The translations under genes were made by a program, and so were the position numbers. Below, piece after piece: positions 1-13,566 of a stretch of 64,000 nucleotides of DNA. Positions within the stretch are counted from its first letter, which is position 1, and each line of letters starts with the position of its first letter. Location: assembly GCA_965637545.1 (NCBI GenBank), contig OZ281497.1, positions 15,252,001-15,316,000 of the forward strand, read 5' to 3'. The stretch is from Phallusia mammillata (taxonomy: Eukaryota). The notes beneath the pieces are model-generated. The model made no database searches. It saw nothing but the letters and a program-made list of their open reading frames with translations, and had not been told where the DNA came from.

Positions 1-11
1 GCCCTTCTTAG

Positions 12-3000
12 ATCCTTTGTGTCCTTTACTGCTTCTGGTTCTGGAAGTGGTGATGCTCCTTGGGCCACGACTAGTTCTGATGTTGCAGCTGAACCTGTAC
101 CACCAGATGCGACAGCGCGGTTTTCGTCTAACGGTGATTCTGGTGTTGAACCTGTACCACCGGACGCTGTACGTCAGCGGAAGAGGCGTTCTGCTGGGGG
201 TTATACATATGGAGACACAGTCCATTACCAATGCGACTTTGGGTATAGGCCAACACAGGGTTCTGTGGAATTTACAAGTTGTGGTGCAAACGGTGAATGG
301 ATGAGGCCGTTTCCACAGTGCGAACCTATACCGTGCGACCCTCTGCCGCCAATGTAAGTATGGATTGTAAAGCAATTAGGTTAAATATTCTTTATTTGCA
401 CCAGGTCAACTAATATGAAGTTTCAAATTGTAATGAACTGGTTGCTTTACAATGACCATTTTTAACAACGATTTCATGACATGCATGGACTTAAACAATG
501 TTAATTTTCTTACAGAGCCAATGGGCGGAGAATCGGCAACAAGTTTACTTTCGGTCAACAAATCTCCTATGCATGTAACCAAGGTTACGAGAGTTCATCA
601 CGTGATACATTTGTGTGCAAAGCGGATGGTCGATTCCATGTAGACTCGGAAATCAACAGTGAAACTGCTGCTGGCCTCAACTCCCTCCCAACCTGTGAAA
701 GAGTTTCTTGTGGAGCCACACAAGGAGTTGTCAATGGAATCGTGAAAAGCAGCAACACGGAATACCTATTTACGGTGGGTCTTACAAATTGAATTTACTC
801 GGAAGGTATAACAACTGTCAAGGATGCAAAGTTGTGTCCTCAACTTTAAATGCCATTCGAAAACCGTACATACTAATGTCTGTTTTATTAGTTGAAAGGC
901 ATAATTTAATTTGTTGATCGTTGTAATGTTTTGCCGTTTTAGATGTATTTACCGGTATTTCTCCAAAAAAATGATTCGGCTCCATTGTGTGTCTTAACTA
1001 CACAGAACATCAAGTATTGTTGGTTTAATGATCTGCATTATTTGCTTCAGGACAAACTGCGCTATGAATGTCTTCCTGGTTACAACTTGCGAGGTGAATT
1101 TGAGTTGACGTGCCAAGCAAACAAAGCATTCGATCATCCTCCACCAACATGCGACCCTGTGTCGTGTGGAAACCCACCAACACTGCCTAACACTCAACAG
1201 CATGGTAAGACATTAAACTACTTCGCATTTTAGGCATCATTTACGTTAATGGTGGTTCGAATCTTGTTACGTTTTTCTATTCAAACGTGTTTTTTTCTGT
1301 TTATTTTTGCTCCTCTGATTGTGGATATTTTTTGTTTATCTTTATTCTGTTCTAGTTACTTCGACTGTTTACCGAGGCACGGCAACTTACACCTGTTCTA
1401 ACGGCTACGTTAATCTGGAGGACACGATAACTTGTCAAGCTGACGGACTTTGGTCATCCACGTCATTGCTTTGCGCCAAAGTTGACTGCGGTTCTTCGCC
1501 TGCCCTTAACTTCGGCTATGTGGGTAAGTTGCAAAACTGAAAACCATAAAGTTTCGCCCTTCACGAGCACCCTGAACCATCAACCGATCGGTCGGTACCG
1601 AGAATAGCAATTTTATCTGGTTGCTTGACAAAGTTTTTCGAAAAGTCAAAATAAGTTCAGTTCTGAAAATTAAACATGGTCCAAAGTGACGCCATTATTA
1701 CAAACAAAAAATTTTCGGTTTTATATTTCTGAATAGGCATGTATCGATACGTAGCTGTTGACCAATTCAATAATTTCAGATATCAACGGGACAAAGTACG
1801 GCGATGTTGCAGTTTATCACTGTAGATCTGGTTATATACGATCTGGCAGCTTCCAAAGAAACTGTCTGGCTAATGGAAGCTGGTCAGGCGCGTGTCCAGT
1901 TTGCACACCGGTGGACTGCGGACCTCCAACTGACCCTATCAATGGTCAACATATTGCCCAGGGCAACTACACGTTTGGGGAAATTGTGCTTTATAGCTGT
2001 AACACAGGTACATATATTTGCAATATACAACAACAACCTTTAGGTATGTTTGTGTACGACTTAGTTTTGGTTTGAGGAGTTTATTCATTATTTAGTCTGA
2101 GTTCAAGCTTTTGAAAGGTTGTTGATTAGCTCCTCCTCTGGATATTGTTGCAATTCATACTACATCTCCGTAAACTGTATATTAGTGTCAATTTTAAAAC
2201 GTGTCTATGCCACGCAGGTTATGTACTTGTTGGAGAGAGCTTTACTCTTTGCACTGCAAGCACCAACTGGTCTGCACCCGTCCCTACATGCGAGCGAATC
2301 TCCTGCGGTGCTACTCCATTTGCCACCAACGGCGCTCATGATCAACCTCCTGCGAGCGAACATCGTTTTGGAGATCAGATCACTTATCAATGCGATTACG
2401 GGTAAAAATAATAGACATATGATGTTTGCGGTTTGTGTTTTCAAACTTTTTAATTTACAGTCATGAGTACGGAGCGTCGTTAATGTTGACTTGTGGAAGT
2501 GATGGTCTCTTTGACAATTTACCACCAGCTTGTACGCCCAGGAATTGTGGATCGCCACCAGCACATGCAAACGCTGAATTGACCTCAGGTACCAGATCTT
2601 TTCCTTTGTTTTAGTTATGTGTCAAAAACTTTTGGCAGCGAATAGTAGCGAAATTCGTTAACGTTTGTATCTTATTGCAGCGATTTCTGGTGGTGTTGTG
2701 TATGGTGGACGCGCAACTTACCGATGCGTTACTGGTCACGTGTCCGGAAGTGACGTCATCAACGTCACGTGCAGAGGAGATGCGACATTTTCTGATCCGT
2801 CAGATCAGTGTGTTCCGGTCCAGTGCCCAACCCTCCCGGATGTCGTTCATGGTTCAATGAGCATGAAAAGTGGACAGTATGGAGACGATGTTACCTTTAC
2901 ATGCGATGAAGGGTATTTTATATGTTTCCATACTTTTAATGAATTATTGCATAGGTCAGTAAAAACCTTTCCGCGTGACGAACACAAAACGCATAATATA

Positions 3001-6000
3001 ACCCTAACCCTATCGGACGGTATAAAACGTATTCACGGACCCATAATCTGTTGGTACCGACATAGCAAGTGATGACGCTCACTTACGTGGCGGCAACTTT
3101 TGGTTATTATTAAAAAAACTGTTTGCTTTAGATATGCCCTGTTTGGGCCCACAACAATTAGTTGCCTGGCAGAAGCTGTTTGGTCTGATGCACCCCCACA
3201 TTGCCCCCCTGTGCAGTGTGGAACGGCTCCTCCTGTCTCAAATGGAGTTGTAGTCGGTAGGTGACTCGCAAAGTGTTTTATAGTAAGTTTATGGGCAACG
3301 TATTGTATAAGCTCTACGCATGTTACTTTTAAGTTTAACTTTAAACAGTAAAGGCATACCACATTATCCTAGTTGTTCGTTTGAAATATTTGACTAAACC
3401 TTTTTAAGTAAATGGCAAAGGACGATGCAGACCCTGAACACAGTCTGACCGTTGTCTAATTCGTAATTTGGTCTAATAAGTCCATGACATATAGTAAACA
3501 AATACAAAACAACGTTTAGATGAGCAGCCAGTGTACACCTTCGGCATGATCGCCCATTACAACTGCGAGAGAGGCTACGAACATGCTTATGGTGGTAAAT
3601 GGAGAAGCAAAACCTGTCAATCAAATGGTAACTTCTCCACTGAAAACGTCGCATGTTTACCAGTCGAGTGCCCAGAACTTCCACCATTTTTCAACGGTAT
3701 GTTTAAAAAAAATTGAAAGTGTTGGGATGTTTGGCAACCGCTGTTTGTTGTTTAGGACGTTCGGATTATGGAAGCATCAAATACGGTGCACGAGGTGTAT
3801 TGACGTGTGATGAAGGTTATCAATTAGGAACGGAAGAACGTAGCTTAAATTTCACTTGTCAGGTTTGTTCTATACACTCTCAAAAAGTTTCGCTCCAATT
3901 TTGAGAACTTGTTAGGTTTCTAAGCAAATAAAACATTTTATGTGTACATATATAAGTTTGATAAATTTATGTATACTTGAACAGCAGAGTTGTTTTTCAA
4001 TGAGCAATAATCGACGAAATTGGTGTAATCCTTCTTATCAAACAAGTTTTTTTTTATACCTTAAAACACTCTTTACACCTTTACATAGGCTGACAGATCG
4101 TGGTCGGTTAACTTTGACACAATCGCATGTTCTCCTGTGCCATGTACATCCTTGCCTGCCGTCACCCATGCCGACATCACTGAAGTAAAGACGCCGCATG
4201 ACATGACGTCCACCAGTGAAGCCCCTGCCGGGCTCGTATTTGGTGATGCAGTACAGTATAAATGTCAAACCGGATATTATTTGGAGGTAGTGTTAGATAT
4301 TTGGTCACTAGACTGAATATGTTTAAATCATTTGTGGGTTACAGGGTGTTGAGGAGTTGAACTGCTTGAGCAACGGTACATGGAGTTCGCCTACTCCTTC
4401 ATGTTTGCCTGTAGTGTGTGGTCAAGCACCGCAGATTGACAATGCCCATGTCGGGGGTGAGTTTGATATTTGACAGTAAGGCTTGGTAAAAAGCAACATA
4501 GAATGTCAAAAATGTAATGACGAAAGAAATGAATTCTTAATAATGTACAGACATTTTTTTCAACCTTGTAGTTTTCATAGCCTCGTTGTAAAATATACAC
4601 TCTTTTGTTAAAAAATAAAAAATAAATGGAAAAAAAAAATTTATTTTGCAAAAAGCTGTGTTACATTTACATAACCGAAACATTTGATTTAATATTCACC
4701 CGTATACTTACTTGTTTCGTAGATGCAACGCACACGTTTGGCATGACTGCTGAATATCAATGCCACCTGGGTCACGTGGTTGCCAGCGATACCATGTCAC
4801 GTGTTTGTCAGGCTGACGGTTCGTTTAGCACTCATCCAGTTACGTGCGTACCAAAATCATGTGGAGAAGTTCCAGCAATACTGCACGGAACAGCCTCAGC
4901 AACCGCTGGTGTTTTTAATGACGTAATAACGTTTCAATGCGATTCTGGGTAAGTATTAACATGAAAGACACTCTTATTACCGACAGGACTTATAAATCAT
5001 GCTTCCACGATTTTATATGCATTCTGTTCTGTTATTCGATTTTCGTCAATGTTTTTGTCAATTAGGTTTTGAAAACAAAAACATTCTGAGTTGGGCATTT
5101 GCCTGTGGTATTTGAAGTCAAAGCAATTCAAAAGCTGAATGTTATTTTGTTTGAACGCCCAGATAATAACCAAAAAGCAACGATGCAAAAGAATAGTACT
5201 TTTTGTAATGATATGTCAATTTATCTTTTTCTTGGCTATGATTAATTGCGCTTCCTATATCACAGATACGATCGTCTCGGACTTGAATCAATTAGATGCG
5301 GAAGTGACGGATTATGGTCTTCCGGTCCTCCCTCTTGTAATCCTGTTCCCTGTGGTGACGTTACCCATATTGTCAACGGTATATTTTGTTACTTTGCAAA
5401 GTGCAGTTAAAAGCCTTTCGAAAACGAAAACAACTTTATTTTAAGCTAACACTACAAGCACCGGCACCAATTTCGGAGATGTTGTAACACTGACTTGTAA
5501 TGTTGGATATCATCTCAGCACAGGAGAAGATTCGATCGAGTTACATTGTCAAGTACGAATCTTTATTTTCGAACTGATAGACTATTGACACTTATCGTAA
5601 TTGCCAACCGAGCCTTTTAACTCGTTTCTTAAATAATTCGCCTGATATATCATTTCGCAAATGAGGGCGTATAGAACTTGGTTGGTTGAAGTGCTATCCA
5701 TAGTAAAAATTATTTTATGCCTGACTGCAAGAGAGACTGCTTCTGATTTGATATTTCGATTAAATTTAGACATTGCGTACATGGATTCATCTAGGGTACT
5801 ATTTTAACATACAACATACTTTTATACTTCTGTTTTAGGCAAATCGTACGTGGTCACGTGATGTCACTTCCACCACATGCGACCCAGTGCCATGTGAGTT
5901 TATTAGTGGAATCAACAACGGGGCAATCACGGTGGTTCCACCACTGCGAAAGCCCGTACCTAAACGGCGAAGAGCAGCAGAAGGCCACATAACCTCGCAT

Positions 6001-9000
6001 CACTACGGAACAAAGCTACGGTTTACTTGCAACTCGGGCTACACACTAGGGGTGGGTAAATTATTTGCGTTTTCTTTTTGACATGGACCCAACTTCAATT
6101 ATTTTCGTGTGTTTATGGTTTGTAAATGTCTGAGTATTTTAAATATTCCGAAAGTGGTCGATTTTAATATTGTCTTTCTGTTGCTTTTTGGCACCACTAT
6201 TACAGTCACCTAACAGTTGCATTTTTTGTATTTTTAGGGTTCAGACGTGATTGAATGTCTGTCTAACAGGTTATGGAGTGGACCACCAGCTGCATGTAAC
6301 CCAGTGCAGTGTCATAATCCTCCCGCACTTTCCAACGCAAAACTCACAAGTAAGCCACATATTAACAACCGTCTGTAGCGAGAAGAAAATTCAGTGTGAA
6401 AAACCACTAAATCTGTCGCTATGTTTTATTTGTTTTATCAAAACAAATGCATTTCGCTATAAAAAGCATCATCAGTGTCTAAAAACAAAATAAAAAAAAA
6501 ACTTTTTTGCGGTTGGTCTGGTGGTGTGTGTTTTTTGCATTTTTTGCTCTTATCCCGCTTTTTATTTTGTTTTTAGACACTGATGATGCTTTTTATAGCG
6601 AAATGCATTTGTTTTGATAAAACAAATAAAACATAGCGACAGATTTAGTGGTTTTTCACACTGAATTTTCTTCATCTGATTTTAATGACCCTGAATCGTC
6701 GCGGTCGTTTTACTTGAAAGGAGATTTCAATAATAAGAAAAGAATTACTACGTCTGTAGCGAGGTGTTTATTCGGGGTACATCGTAATAGAATAACACAA
6801 TGAGCGAATACGACGCATAAGACGAGAGTCAGAGAAAGAAGGCAATCTGTCCGGTTCGCTGTAGTATGAAGGCACACGATAACGGTATAGTGAGAGAGGC
6901 CGCTACACGTCTAAAATTCTTTTTTTTTAACTTTGGCGTATAGTACCCACTCTATCTTCAAAAATATATTGCTTAAAAGGTAAAAAATAATTGTTAAGGT
7001 AATTTGTTGTGTTTGTGTAAACTGTTGATACGATATCTGTTGATACGATAGCTTGCTTTAAAGGTGGTAATTTTACAGCGACATCTCATGTTTTCGGACA
7101 AAGAGCTGAATATTCGTGTGTGGGCGGCCACTCACTGAGGAGCAGCGGAAATTTCCGAACTTGTAACGCTGATGGAAATTTCAGCAGTCATGAAGTCACG
7201 TGTTCACCTGTGCCTTGTACCAGTCTACCACAAGTTAAACACGCAAGAGTTGTTTCTATCTCGGGTAGCAATCCGGTGTTTGGTGACCTCGCGGACACAG
7301 TGTGTGATGAAGGGTAGGTTGCTATTTAGTATTTTTTAATATTTGCCAGAAGAGCTCTATAAACTTAGCGATAAATAGGTTTTGGTATGAAAAAATTCTT
7401 TTTGAAAATAACTTACTGTTTTGGCAAATAAATCTAGTTAAAACAAGTACATGGATCCGTGAAATCTCCTTTTACGAGACCACGCCTTTGGGTTCACTTT
7501 CCAATGGTGCGCGTACTTTTCAACAGACAAAAACTAATCCAAACTCCCCCAAAAAATTGATTTATGAATCAGGACATTCAAAATTATTTCAATGTCCTTA
7601 TCTGTCGGCAGATACTCACTTGCTGGGCCAGGTGAATTTGAGTGCTTAGCAACAGGCGAATGGAGCAACATTGAACCTACTTGTCAACCGAACGTTTGTG
7701 GAACTGCCCCTGCTGTCAATAACGCTCACGTCGTTGCAGGTAAGTGTGAAATTTCCAACTCTTTACAATTCAGATTTTAGGAACAAGTTTACATTTATGT
7801 GGCTGTATTGCTTCTTGTTTTGCATGCTCTTGTGTTTAAATAAATAACTGTTTTTAACGGTTTTGACTTTTTTTCTAGCATCGCACAACTTGAATGAACA
7901 CAATACTCCTATATAATATTTTTAACAAACCAATAATCCTTTAGATCCAGCTGTGGTGTATTCGTACGGTGACACGGTGACGTACAAATGTGATCAGGGC
8001 TACAGTTTGGTTGGAAGTGATGTTACACGAACGTGTGGAGCCAATGGAGAGTTTGATAATTTGCCCATACAATGCGATCGTGTCACGTGCCCTGAGATTC
8101 CACCCATGGACTTCGGTACTAATTATGTTCATAAATTTTGTTGTTGCGATTGGCGACATAATGAAAAATTGTGTGATATCAAGGCCGACTGTTTTGTCAA
8201 CACGATAATAAATTCGCTTTTTAGTATGGTTGATAACGGCATTGAAGCACTCTATTACAATACGCTTGTTAAGCTATTTCCGTAGAAACATATTACCGGG
8301 TGAAATTCATAGTTTCTTACAAAATTTGCAAGTTAGAATGGCAAATTACACAAGTTTAAGGTAAAACACGACATTTGGTCAATTTTGTTTTATGAAAACG
8401 AAAAAAATCACAAATAATGCTTCATGTTATATTCAACAGCATCAATGCAAAGTACTGGTTCCGCTTTTGGCGATGAAAACAGAATCACATGCGATGCAGG
8501 ATATCAACTGGAAAATGGAAACAAGGAAATCATTCTTACTTGTTTGGTGGGACCTTAATACAGATTTATAATCGATTCTATATTAAAACATATGTTATCT
8601 CTTTGCTTCTCTATTCCTTGTCTGTTGGTTTTGTGTTTCAAACAATTTCCAACAAAAAATGAATGCTGCAGTAGATACAAGAGTAAAACCTTAGATCAGT
8701 CGCTGTATTTTAAAACGTAAACAACAAAAAATACAGTTTATTTAGGCTAAACTGTGCATCGGCATTAACGAAGGCATAATATCATAATACAGTTTATTAC
8801 AACAACAAAATGTGCGAAACCGAGATAAACCGATAATTTTAAAGGTTGATAAAATGACTCAAAGTAATTATGTGTGATTGAACGCTTTGCAGCACAAAGG
8901 TGATTGGTCAGAAGACTGGCGACTAATATGGTGTGTTGGAATCACATGCGATCCATTAAAGTCCTTCGAACACGGAACTGTTGATCACAGCCTGGCCGAG

Positions 9001-12000
9001 ATGATAGGAGAGAATTTTGTTTATCCTTCGACTGTCGTGTACAACTGCAACGTTGGTTACACACTTGAGGTAAAAGAAACTAACAGGAAAACGCTACAGC
9101 AAATAGTAGCTGACCCGGTAATGACTGTGTTGTGAAAAAATTAATAATTAAGACATCGTGTAGTAATGACTTAAAAACATCCGGCACAATAATATTATAG
9201 TGGGACGCAAATAACCTTGCAGAGTGCCACAAAATATCACTGCGCAGACCGTGTTTTTTAAGATACCCATATATACTGCACAGCTACTTGCTACTAGGAT
9301 CAATTTTGTCGCTTGTTTATTTTATCTTTTTTTGCTTCAAGGGTCGATCAAAGCAAAAATGCAATGCCGATGGAAGTTGGGCGGGAGATACTCCAACCTG
9401 TAACCCCGTCGATTGCGGACTTCCCTCTCAACCTACCAATGGATATACAAGAGGCGACAAGACGTCAGTTACTTTTATTCATTTGTAATATGCTTTTATA
9501 TGTTATTTATATGATTTTAATTTTCTGCTGTACAGGACGACTTTGGGCAGTGTGGTTTCATATCATTGCGATAAGGGCTTCACACTTTGGCCTCCGGAGG
9601 AATCTACTCGGAGATGCACCGAGATTGGATCTTGGAGTGGAAGTGACCCAACTTGCGAAGGTGACAGATCATTTTACAACTTTGTCATGTATTGTCCCAA
9701 AACACATAACGCCCTGGCTGACGTAAAACAGAATAAATATTAGCATTTCCTGCAATAACATTCGCTGTTCAATTTAAGTGGTCAGTTGCTTCGTTGACTT
9801 CGCGGTTGATCATGGAACTTTGACTCCCAGCATTTTTGTGGAATACGGAGGACATGTTGCTGTTAAGTGCGATGACGGATACGAAATTAATGGAAACTCA
9901 ACGAGGTTTGTACGAAATAAATTTTATTTTAAAGCACCTTAAGCAGTATTTTTAAAATCTCTACAACCTCAACAAAGTTTTTTTTACAAATGTTTTTCTG
10001 AATAAAACTTAAATTTGGCTGTGTACTACAGATTCGAAGCGTTGCCACAATGTTTAAACCGACCAAGGCTCGATTGGAAACAATAACCTTGAGCGTTTTT
10101 CGCTGTTTTTTGATTGATTTGGTTGCTTATGTCACCAATCAAATACGAATATAATTACACACGCAGATCTTGTCGGGATGATGGATTTTTTGATGGCACA
10201 ACGCCCACGTGTAATCCAATAAGTTGTGGAGTTCACCCACCTGTGCCAAATGCAATTATCGAACCAGCTGGTGAAGTCCAATTCGGCAACGAACTCAACA
10301 TCACGTGTCTGCCCGGATATAGCCACATCAATGGTAGGTTGCTGTGACAGGATTAAAATGTGTGGGTGACTGTGTCATTTTTGGCATTAATGCCATGTTG
10401 CGATGTATAAAATATCGTAACAGCAGGTTACTGTGTCAGGGTTAAATTAACAAAAATGTTTGCACTAACGTATGCTACATTTATGCAGAAAGTTATATAA
10501 TTCTAAAATGTATTGATGAGCATGAGCGTTAATTGTGAATTAGTATGAATTAAGAAATTACTTCTGTGTTTCATTTTGCTGAAGGTGATCTTCAGAGATC
10601 TTGTCAACATAACCGAACCTGGTCGGGAAAGCATCCGACATGCGACCAGCCTTTCAGATTTGATAATATCATGGAAAGATCGGAGTTACTTCCTTGTGGC
10701 CCTCCGCCAATTGAAGGCAAAAACGTCAAGGTGCAAATAACAAAATTTTAAATTGCATTTTATCTGTGTATTTAAGTAGCCTACACCTTTACCTGACTTA
10801 AGAGTTTGCAAGTTTAATATTTCTCAATCACCAAATTCTCATGTTAATACCTTGTCATTTGGGGGTTTCACTGCTAAGTAGCATTGGGGTTGAGCCAACA
10901 CCAAATATTTGGCTATTACTGATGAATTATCTTAACTGTAGTATTAAATTTGTCTTTGTATTTGTAACCCGTCTTTATATTTGTAAAGTGGTTAAAAAAA
11001 AAACGGTAATTATGTTTGCTTAATGTCTTTATGTTTTCAAAATCAAAAAGCAATCATTTTCTGCACAACAAACACACTTTAGAAAACCGAAGGGATCTTA
11101 CATTTTAACAAAAATAAATTTTCCATTTTAAATCCATAGTTGTTTATGCTGATTAGAGCGTTTGTTATTGTTTGGTGTTCGTTCTGGATATTTTCACACC
11201 TTACATGAGATTATACGACAAATTTCACCCGAACAACAAGTATACGTTTAATAGACAAACAATACAGACTGGACTTTTAATAAAGGTACTTACTCGTTTT
11301 TTTGTTTTTGCAGCTGAAGCATAACGCGGAGATGCAAAGTTTCTACGATCCTTATGTGACATTGAAGTTCCGTTGCTTGAATGGTTACATTCCCTCCACT
11401 AATCTGACTATCACTTGTCTGTCTGGTTTCTGGAGCGGCGAACCACAATGCTCATGTAAGATACCGTTTTATCAGCAAAAAAGTTTCGATATAAACTGAT
11501 AGGAAACCATTCCCGTCAAAGTTGTTCTGGCAATAATTTATTTCTTTGTCAGAAACTGTATTATGTTTAAATGCAGATTATATACTAGTATGTTGTAAAA
11601 ACTAATCACATAACGTTATGTACAAATTTATGGCTATTATTACGTTTGTTAAATTAGTTTTAGGTTTTTACGGAAATAAGTAGCGGTTTGCTTCGCCAAA
11701 GAAACTTAAAAATGTCGAATGCCTAATCAGACTCCGAAATGATGCTCCTTATATTTTCTACACTGGCAAAAAAAATTGCACGTTGTGAAAAGAAACTTTC
11801 GAAACTTCCACAGGTTTTGTTGTCAGCTTAACTATATTTGCATTACAGCCAAATGTAAGCACATTTGCTTAAACCGGGGAACTTGTTCGTCGCGCGGATC
11901 TTGCAACTGCCCTCGTGGATGGACAGGATCCAGATGTCACAGGCCGGTTTGCATTTTGCCCTGCCTTAACAGAGGTTACTGTTCAGCGGCTTATACCTGC

Positions 12001-12674
12001 ACTTGTCAGCCAGGTTGGACCGGATCGCGATGTCAAACACGTAAGCAGATGCTTTTTGTATGTAATTTTTCATGAAGTAATAATTTTCGATCTATGGTTT
12101 GGGCAAATAACCCTGTTGTATGAGTAAAAAAAAACAGCAACACTTTTTAAATTGAATCTGACTTTGTTGAGATAATATGTGTGTGGAGTTATGTGTTTTG
12201 ACATTAGACATGGGGGCAAATAACATTCACGCAACACGTGTCATTTTTGCATAAACGTTGCATTCCGTCATGGCCAGAATATCGGTTACCGACCTTCCTT
12301 TCGCTTTGCCACTTATCGACACTTTCTACCATATTTTACTCAACCGATACGTTATCATTAATGTTAAAATCCGGTTTCGACTCTTTACAACTTTTTTGCT
12401 TTAGCTCTCCTCCTCTGTAACAAGGGCAAGGTCACAATCAACGTTACCGTAAACTTGTTCGAGGCGTCAACATTTATTTAGTGGCAAACCTGAATTGAAA
12501 ACAACATTTGGCTCTTATTTTTAATCAATAAACTCACTGCTTTCTTTTCTTTTAGCTGTTTGCGATCGACCCTGTCAAAATGGAGGAAGATGCGAATCTC
12601 CCAATCGTTGTCGATGCCCACGTGGTTACCAAGGCGACGATTGTTCACAATCCTCTTACTTTAATTTCTGGTGA
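12..12674 (+). CDS. SVEP1: SVEP1/polydom-like extracellular protein, 3' part (5' end lies outside the window): 25 sushi/CCP modules (first partial) followed by 3 C-terminal EGF domains
   Basis: 31 phase-consistent GT-AG exons: 12-353, 516-774, 1051-1204, 1356-1523, 1780-2007, 2218-2401, 2461-2588, 2681-2912, 3132-3256, 3520-3696, 3756-3862, 4089-4286, 4345-4456, 4723-4948, 5266-5378, 5446-5552, 5839-6051, 6238-6349, 7064(or 7079)-7313, 7612-7739, 7945-8115, 8440-8546, 8893-9069, 9342-9463, 9536-9660, 9779-9905, 10167-10333, 10585-10730, 11314-11455, 11849-12040, 12556-12674 (TGA). Repeating C..P..NG..F/YG..Y.C..GY...G....C...G.WS...P.C pattern. The terminal CLNRG.C...C.CP.GWTGSRC...VCILPCLNRG..CQPGWTGSRC..VCDRPCQNGGRCESPNRC closely follows the sushi-run + 3 EGF C-terminus of vertebrate SVEP1. 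Confidence 0.88.
6382..6673. repeat. Long perfect inverted repeat (foldback/MITE-like) in SVEP1 intron: 115-bp arms, 62-bp spacer
   Basis: 6382-6496 (gaagaaaattcagtgtgaaaaacc...gtgtctaaaaacaaaataaaaa) is the reverse complement of 6559-6673 (tttttattttgtttttagacac...cacactgaattttcttc). I saw no mismatch by eye. Confidence 0.9.
7022..7050. repeat. Short tandem duplication (ctgttgatacgata x2, 15-bp period) just upstream of a SVEP1 acceptor
   Basis: Read directly from the sequence: 7022-7035 and 7037-7050. Confidence 0.8.
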
Positions 12675-13178
12675 ATGAAAGTTTTCACCGAGATAGCTTG
12701 AACCCCGTTGACGACGCGGAACGAAGCGACCATGATTTTAGCTCTTTTTCTTTTTTTCTTTTGTAAATGTATGTGTACTGTTTGACCACTTTGGTCACCC
12801 CCTTGTTTGTTGACGGAACGGAAACCACTTGACCATGAGTCTGTTTGTTTTTCTTTTTACTATTACACTGCATTGAAAAAACATTTCCCTTGTATTTATT
12901 TGTCAGCAGACAGTATGAAAATGGGACAAACATTTTGTGTTAAAATCCGTGATGCAGCGGTTTTTAGTCTAATCCAGCGGTTTTCGATCTTGATTTGTTT
13001 TGACAAATTAGAACGTATTTAATGGTTGTGATCTAATGTACCCCAAAGACACAAAAAATATGTTTGACTTTGTATAGTTTATTGGTAAAACAATGGCATG
13101 GTTTCGACGCACTTTTAGGATTTTTTACACTTTTAGGAGGAGTAAGTTTTCTAGTTAGACGGTTCCAAAAAAATTGCA

Positions 13179-13238
13179 CATATAGTACTAGACTGTGAAC
13201 GCTTTCCATATAGTACTAGACTTTGAACGCTTTCCATA
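13179..13238. repeat. 28-bp tandem duplication
   Basis: catatagtactagact(g/t)tgaacgctttc at 13179-13206 and 13207-13234, followed by a partial third unit (cata). Confidence 0.85.
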
Positions 13239-13566
13239 CAAAAGGATACCCACAAATATTTTGACAAATGACGGAAAGAACACAACAAATAACTAAATTA
13301 TCACAAAAAACGCTTACTTTATGCCAATTCGACAAAGTGGTTGGCCAAACTACCTTGTGTTCACAAACTTAATGGAAGTTTAAATGCTTTGTCGGCCACT
13401 GGTGTTTCCTTAAGCAAAAAACTTAATTAAGCGATATTGCTTCAACCCGCCCAGTGGTTTAATCTAAATTGAAGCCCTTTACTCGAGAATACAACAAACA
13501 AATATTACTGTGGAATTCCATTTTTGTGTATTCTTACTTTAGGTCAGTGGTTCCCAACCGGAACTT

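Noticed and set aside
17-304. ORF MCPLLLLVLEVVMLLG... resembling a signal peptide
   Set aside because: It is an alternative frame of the SVEP1 exon. Frame 1 carries the sushi consensus and joins the next exon in phase.
3001-3015. taaccctaaccct telomere-like motif (similar ccctaacc at ~13710, and GGGTT motifs at 60.4-60.7 kb)
   Set aside because: Two units or fewer, embedded in probable interspersed repeats, so not an interstitial telomere array.
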